Positions 60,610-64,000 of a stretch of 64,000 nt of DNA are shown one piece after another. Below the pieces are notes generated by a model. It was given only the letters and a program-made list of their open reading frames with translations, was not told where the DNA came from and ran no database searches. This stretch comes from Phaeosaccion multiseriatum (taxonomy: Eukaryota > Protista > Ochrophyta, other classes), in NCBI GenBank assembly GCA_965112735.1, contig OZ218961.1, positions 62,001 through 126,000 on the forward strand, in the 5' to 3' direction. A program made the position numbers and the translations under genes. Each line of letters opens with the position of its first letter. Within the stretch, counting starts at the first letter, position 1.

Positions 60610-63600
60610 CTACTTGTTGGGCACGAGCCTGGTGAGCATGTTGGTCGTCTGCCTCGTCGTCGTGCGTGTAGAGGGAGAGAAGTCGCTCTGAGATACGTAA
60701 AAGGCCAGGTTCGTGGCCTGGACGGGGGATGGCAGTGGATGGGAGTGGGGGGCGGGGTGAGGGGTGGGTGGCCATGGAAGGCAATTGATGGCAAGGCAGC
60801 AGTGGAAAGCAATGGAAGAGGCTATGGACGGATGGCAGTGGATGGATGGCAGTGGAAGGTGAGGTCTCCCATCGCTCACCTGGGGGTCAAGCAGACACGC
60901 GCACGCCACTTGGGCGACATCTGCGCGGGACACGGGACCCAAGCGCGACACATCGACGTTCTGCTGACAGCGGTACGCACGGATGCCTTGGGGGGGGGAG
61001 GAGGGGAGGGGAGGGGAGGGGAGGAGGGGCGGGTGGTTAGTTAGGGTTTGGTCCAAGTATCCACTCCCTCCTCCTCCTCTTCCTCTTCCTCTTCGTTTTT
61101 CCTCCTCGTTCTTTCTCCTCGTTCTTCCTCCTCCTCTACTTACCCTCTGGGGCGTTGCTGAGGGCCTTGACCCGAACAATGGTGTAGGCGAGGCCTGAGT
61201 TGCGCAGGGCCGCTTCTGAGATGCCCGTGTAGTATACCTTCTGACCACGGGCATCGGGCAAGTCACGCACCGCCTGGGGGGATGGCAGTGGATGGCAGTG
61301 GATGGCAGTGGATGGGAAATGGCAGAGGATGTGGTGGGGGGGGGGTGGAGTTTGGGTGGCAGTGGATGGGGGGGCAGGCGTGGGGAAGGCAGGAAGGAGG
61401 GGAGAGAGGAGGGGAGAGAGGAGGGGAGAGAGGAGGGGAGGGGGAAGGACTTGAGCATAGCGACAGCGAAGAGCGATATAAGAGTGGGCAATAAATGGGC
61501 TGTCCATCGACTGCCATCTTTGAGGCTCGGCTCCACATGCCTTCGCTGACTTGCTCACCTCCAGGGCCTTTTTGGTGGTGTCGATGGGAGGGGCGTAGGC
61601 AGACGAGATGTACACCACCTCGGGCTCCGATCGGGTGCGGTACAGCTGTTGGTGATACAGGGGGGGAGGGAGGGAGGGGAGGGGGGGAGTCGAGTTTGTG
61701 TGTGTGAGTAAGTAAGGGGGAGAAGAGAGAGGAGAGAAGAGGGGAGGGGAGGGGATAAAAGAGAACCAAACAATCACAAACAGAGGCAGCACAGTCATCC
61801 CCCCAAGGTAGACCCTGGCCCGTTGCGTAAGGCCCTTACAGGCCATCCACAGGGTGCCATCTGCCTACCCGCCTGTCGTATGCTGCCATCGAACTCCCCA
61901 TATGCCTCCACTCACTCACCCAAATGTAGTCCATGGACAGCACGAACTTGGACCTGTCTCCGGGGCCGCGCTTCAGAGCAATGCCCACCTGGTGAGAGAA
62001 GAGGAGGGAGGAGGGGGAGGGAGAGCGTCAGCAGAGAGTGTGTGTGATTTTGCGGTGTGCGTGTGCGCACATGGTCGCAATACCCAGTCGACGGAAAGAC
62101 TCATGAAACGGTTCGTTCAATGACTTACCTGCGTCACCTCCCGACGGTCCAGGAACACGTCGGCGCTCGTGGGGATCATTTGCCTGCAGTGGATGGAGGG
62201 ATGGCAGCGGATGGATGGTGCTTAGATTGATTAGTCAATGTGGCATACTCCAAAAGGGGGCAGAGAGAACACATAGAAGAACATAGAAGAACACATAAGA
62301 AGAAGGGCGAAACGATCACCGTCACTCCGCCCCCCCCACCTCCTCACTGTCCTGACCCCACCCCTTACAACCCTACTCACTCCCTCACTCCCTCCCTCAC
62401 TCACTCACTCACTGTACTCACTCACTCACTCACTCACTCACTCACTCACTCACTCACCCATTCCTGTACGGCTGGAACTCCGAGAAGGGCAGTCGGTGCG
62501 TCATCCAGCGGTTCTCCTCCGTCTGAATCTTACATTCGAACTGCACCCCCGAGGCCTGCGATCGCTTGGTCCGGACGTACACCACGTACTCCAAGCCGTC
62601 GCCAATTGCACGCAGCAGCATGCCCGAGAACTGCTGGAGGTTGAGGTCCAGAGGGGCGCTCTCTACGGCAATGTATCCGAGCAACGAGTCCGCATTGTAC
62701 GACCCGAAGGTGGCCTTCTTATACACATTCGTGTTCCACTTGACGTAGGGGGAGGTCTCGGCGGGCTGCCACAGCCTTCGGTCCCTCCTGCGGCTGAAGC
62801 GGAAGAGCATCTTCTTGCCCACGTACTCGGGGCCGTAGTCGTCGTACCGCACCTGAGAGTTTGAGTTTGCAGTTTATAGTGTGCAGTTTACAGTTTCAGG
62901 TGTAGTGTGTAGTGGGCCCCTTTTGCCGTACCCACGTTTTCAGAGTATATGAGCAGGCAGGCGCTCGCGAGTAGTAACCCAACCTCCAAAGGCCACCCAG
63001 CCATTGACATACTCCCCCACTCCCACCCACCTGCTGGAACATCTCGATGATGTTGCGGAAGGACTCGTACTCGGCCTTGCGAGCCTCCTTGGACTGATCC
63101 GACGACTGCGCGCAGTACATGATCTTGTCCACTCCGGAGCAGGCCCTCTCCAGCGTGATGTAGTCAAGCAGGTCTCCTTGGGCATACTCCACGCCAGACC
63201 CAAGCAGGTCCAGAGTGGTGGAGGCGAGGGTACGCACCTGAGGGAGGGGGGTGAGGTGGGAAGGATGGCAGTGGATGGGTGGGTGGAAGTGAAGGGATGC
63301 AAGGGACGGGGCCGTAAAGCAACAAAACAACAGAGAGAGGGGCGACAAGCACGAGAGAATGTCAAGACACACACTCACTCACACGCACAGGAGAGGCAAA
63401 CAAAGCTTCACCCCTCCTTCCCTCCCTGCTCACAGACAGCCTGACGGGCTGACTCACCAACACGCGAACTTTGAAGCCCGCCCTGAGCAACTTGCGAACG
63501 ATGATGCGGCCTGTCCTTCCAGTTGCTCCCACCACGAGCACCACAGGTACCTCCTCTGCGCTGGCGAACTGACGAGGTGGGGAGGGGGACAAGAGGTGAT

Positions 63601-64000
63601 ACAGAGAGGGAGGGAGGGAGGGAGGGTGGTAAGTTGGTGATACAGAGAGGGGCGTAGAGTGAGGGGGGTACGTTCTCTCCGTCTCCGTCCCTCTCTCCAT
63701 GTGTGTTTCCCTTCTTCCCTCCCCCTCCCTCCATCCCTCCCTCCCTCCCTCCTCTGTCTCCCTCTGTCTCACCTGACTATACATGACTCTCTCATACTCC
63801 TCCATCTCAGCGTCATCGAGCCCCTCCTCCCTGGCGAGAGGGTTGGTGCCCGTGAAGGACAGCAGTGCATCTCCAATGCTCCCTCGAAGGTCCCTTCCCG
63901 CTTGAATGGCTCCTTGGAACGGGTTCAGCAACCCCCCCTGCTCGCCGTCCACGATGCCTCTCTCCTCTTGAAGCTGCTTCATGCGACGACTACGCATCAG
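60610..64000 (-). CDS. HCF173-like atypical SDR: NAD(P)-binding Rossmann fold interrupted by a CIA30/NDUFAF1-like domain; multi-exon, 5'-partial
   Basis: VLVVGATGRTGRIIVRKLL...GDLLD; LNLQQFSGMLLRAIGDGLEY...WMTHRLPFSEFQP; EAALRNSGLAYTIVR; VSRADVAQVAC...; stop at 60610. Confidence 0.88.

Noticed and set aside
1-64000. tRNA or rRNA genes
   Set aside because: None recognised by eye; tRNAscan-SE/Infernal were not run.

Overview
GC-rich, intron-rich nuclear DNA of a photosynthetic eukaryote with a red-derived plastid, most likely an ochrophyte (an LHC gene carries a signal peptide plus ASA|FVP motif). The core genes are spliced and microsatellite-laden: a cNMP/EF-hand gene, VPS35, an Lhcr-type antenna gene, a small cNMP-domain gene, RER1, a SEC-C/YchJ gene, a putative glycosyltransferase-like gene and an HCF173/CIA30-like gene. 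Two accessory blocks lie among them. Block 1 (~27-38 kb) holds gene fragments, a MITE, an orphan F-box-like/PPR-like gene with tandemly duplicated symmetric Cys/His exons, and a truncated chromoviral LTR element. Block 2 (~43-55 kb) is a five-copy array of F-box-like/ankyrin genes with uninterrupted coding regions, a conserved scaffold and hypervariable, patchwork-shuffled positions, interrupted by MITEs and RLE-type non-LTR insertions. The most notable signals are (1) this receptor-like F-box/ankyrin array, (2) two short motifs (CAGTTGGTGATAC and GGATGGCAGTGGATGG) scattered in both orientations through exons and introns of core genes but nearly absent from 27-55 kb, and (3) a MITE family with TCG termini and 6-bp TSDs. 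Everything was read by eye. Homopolymer indels in the assembly are likely.
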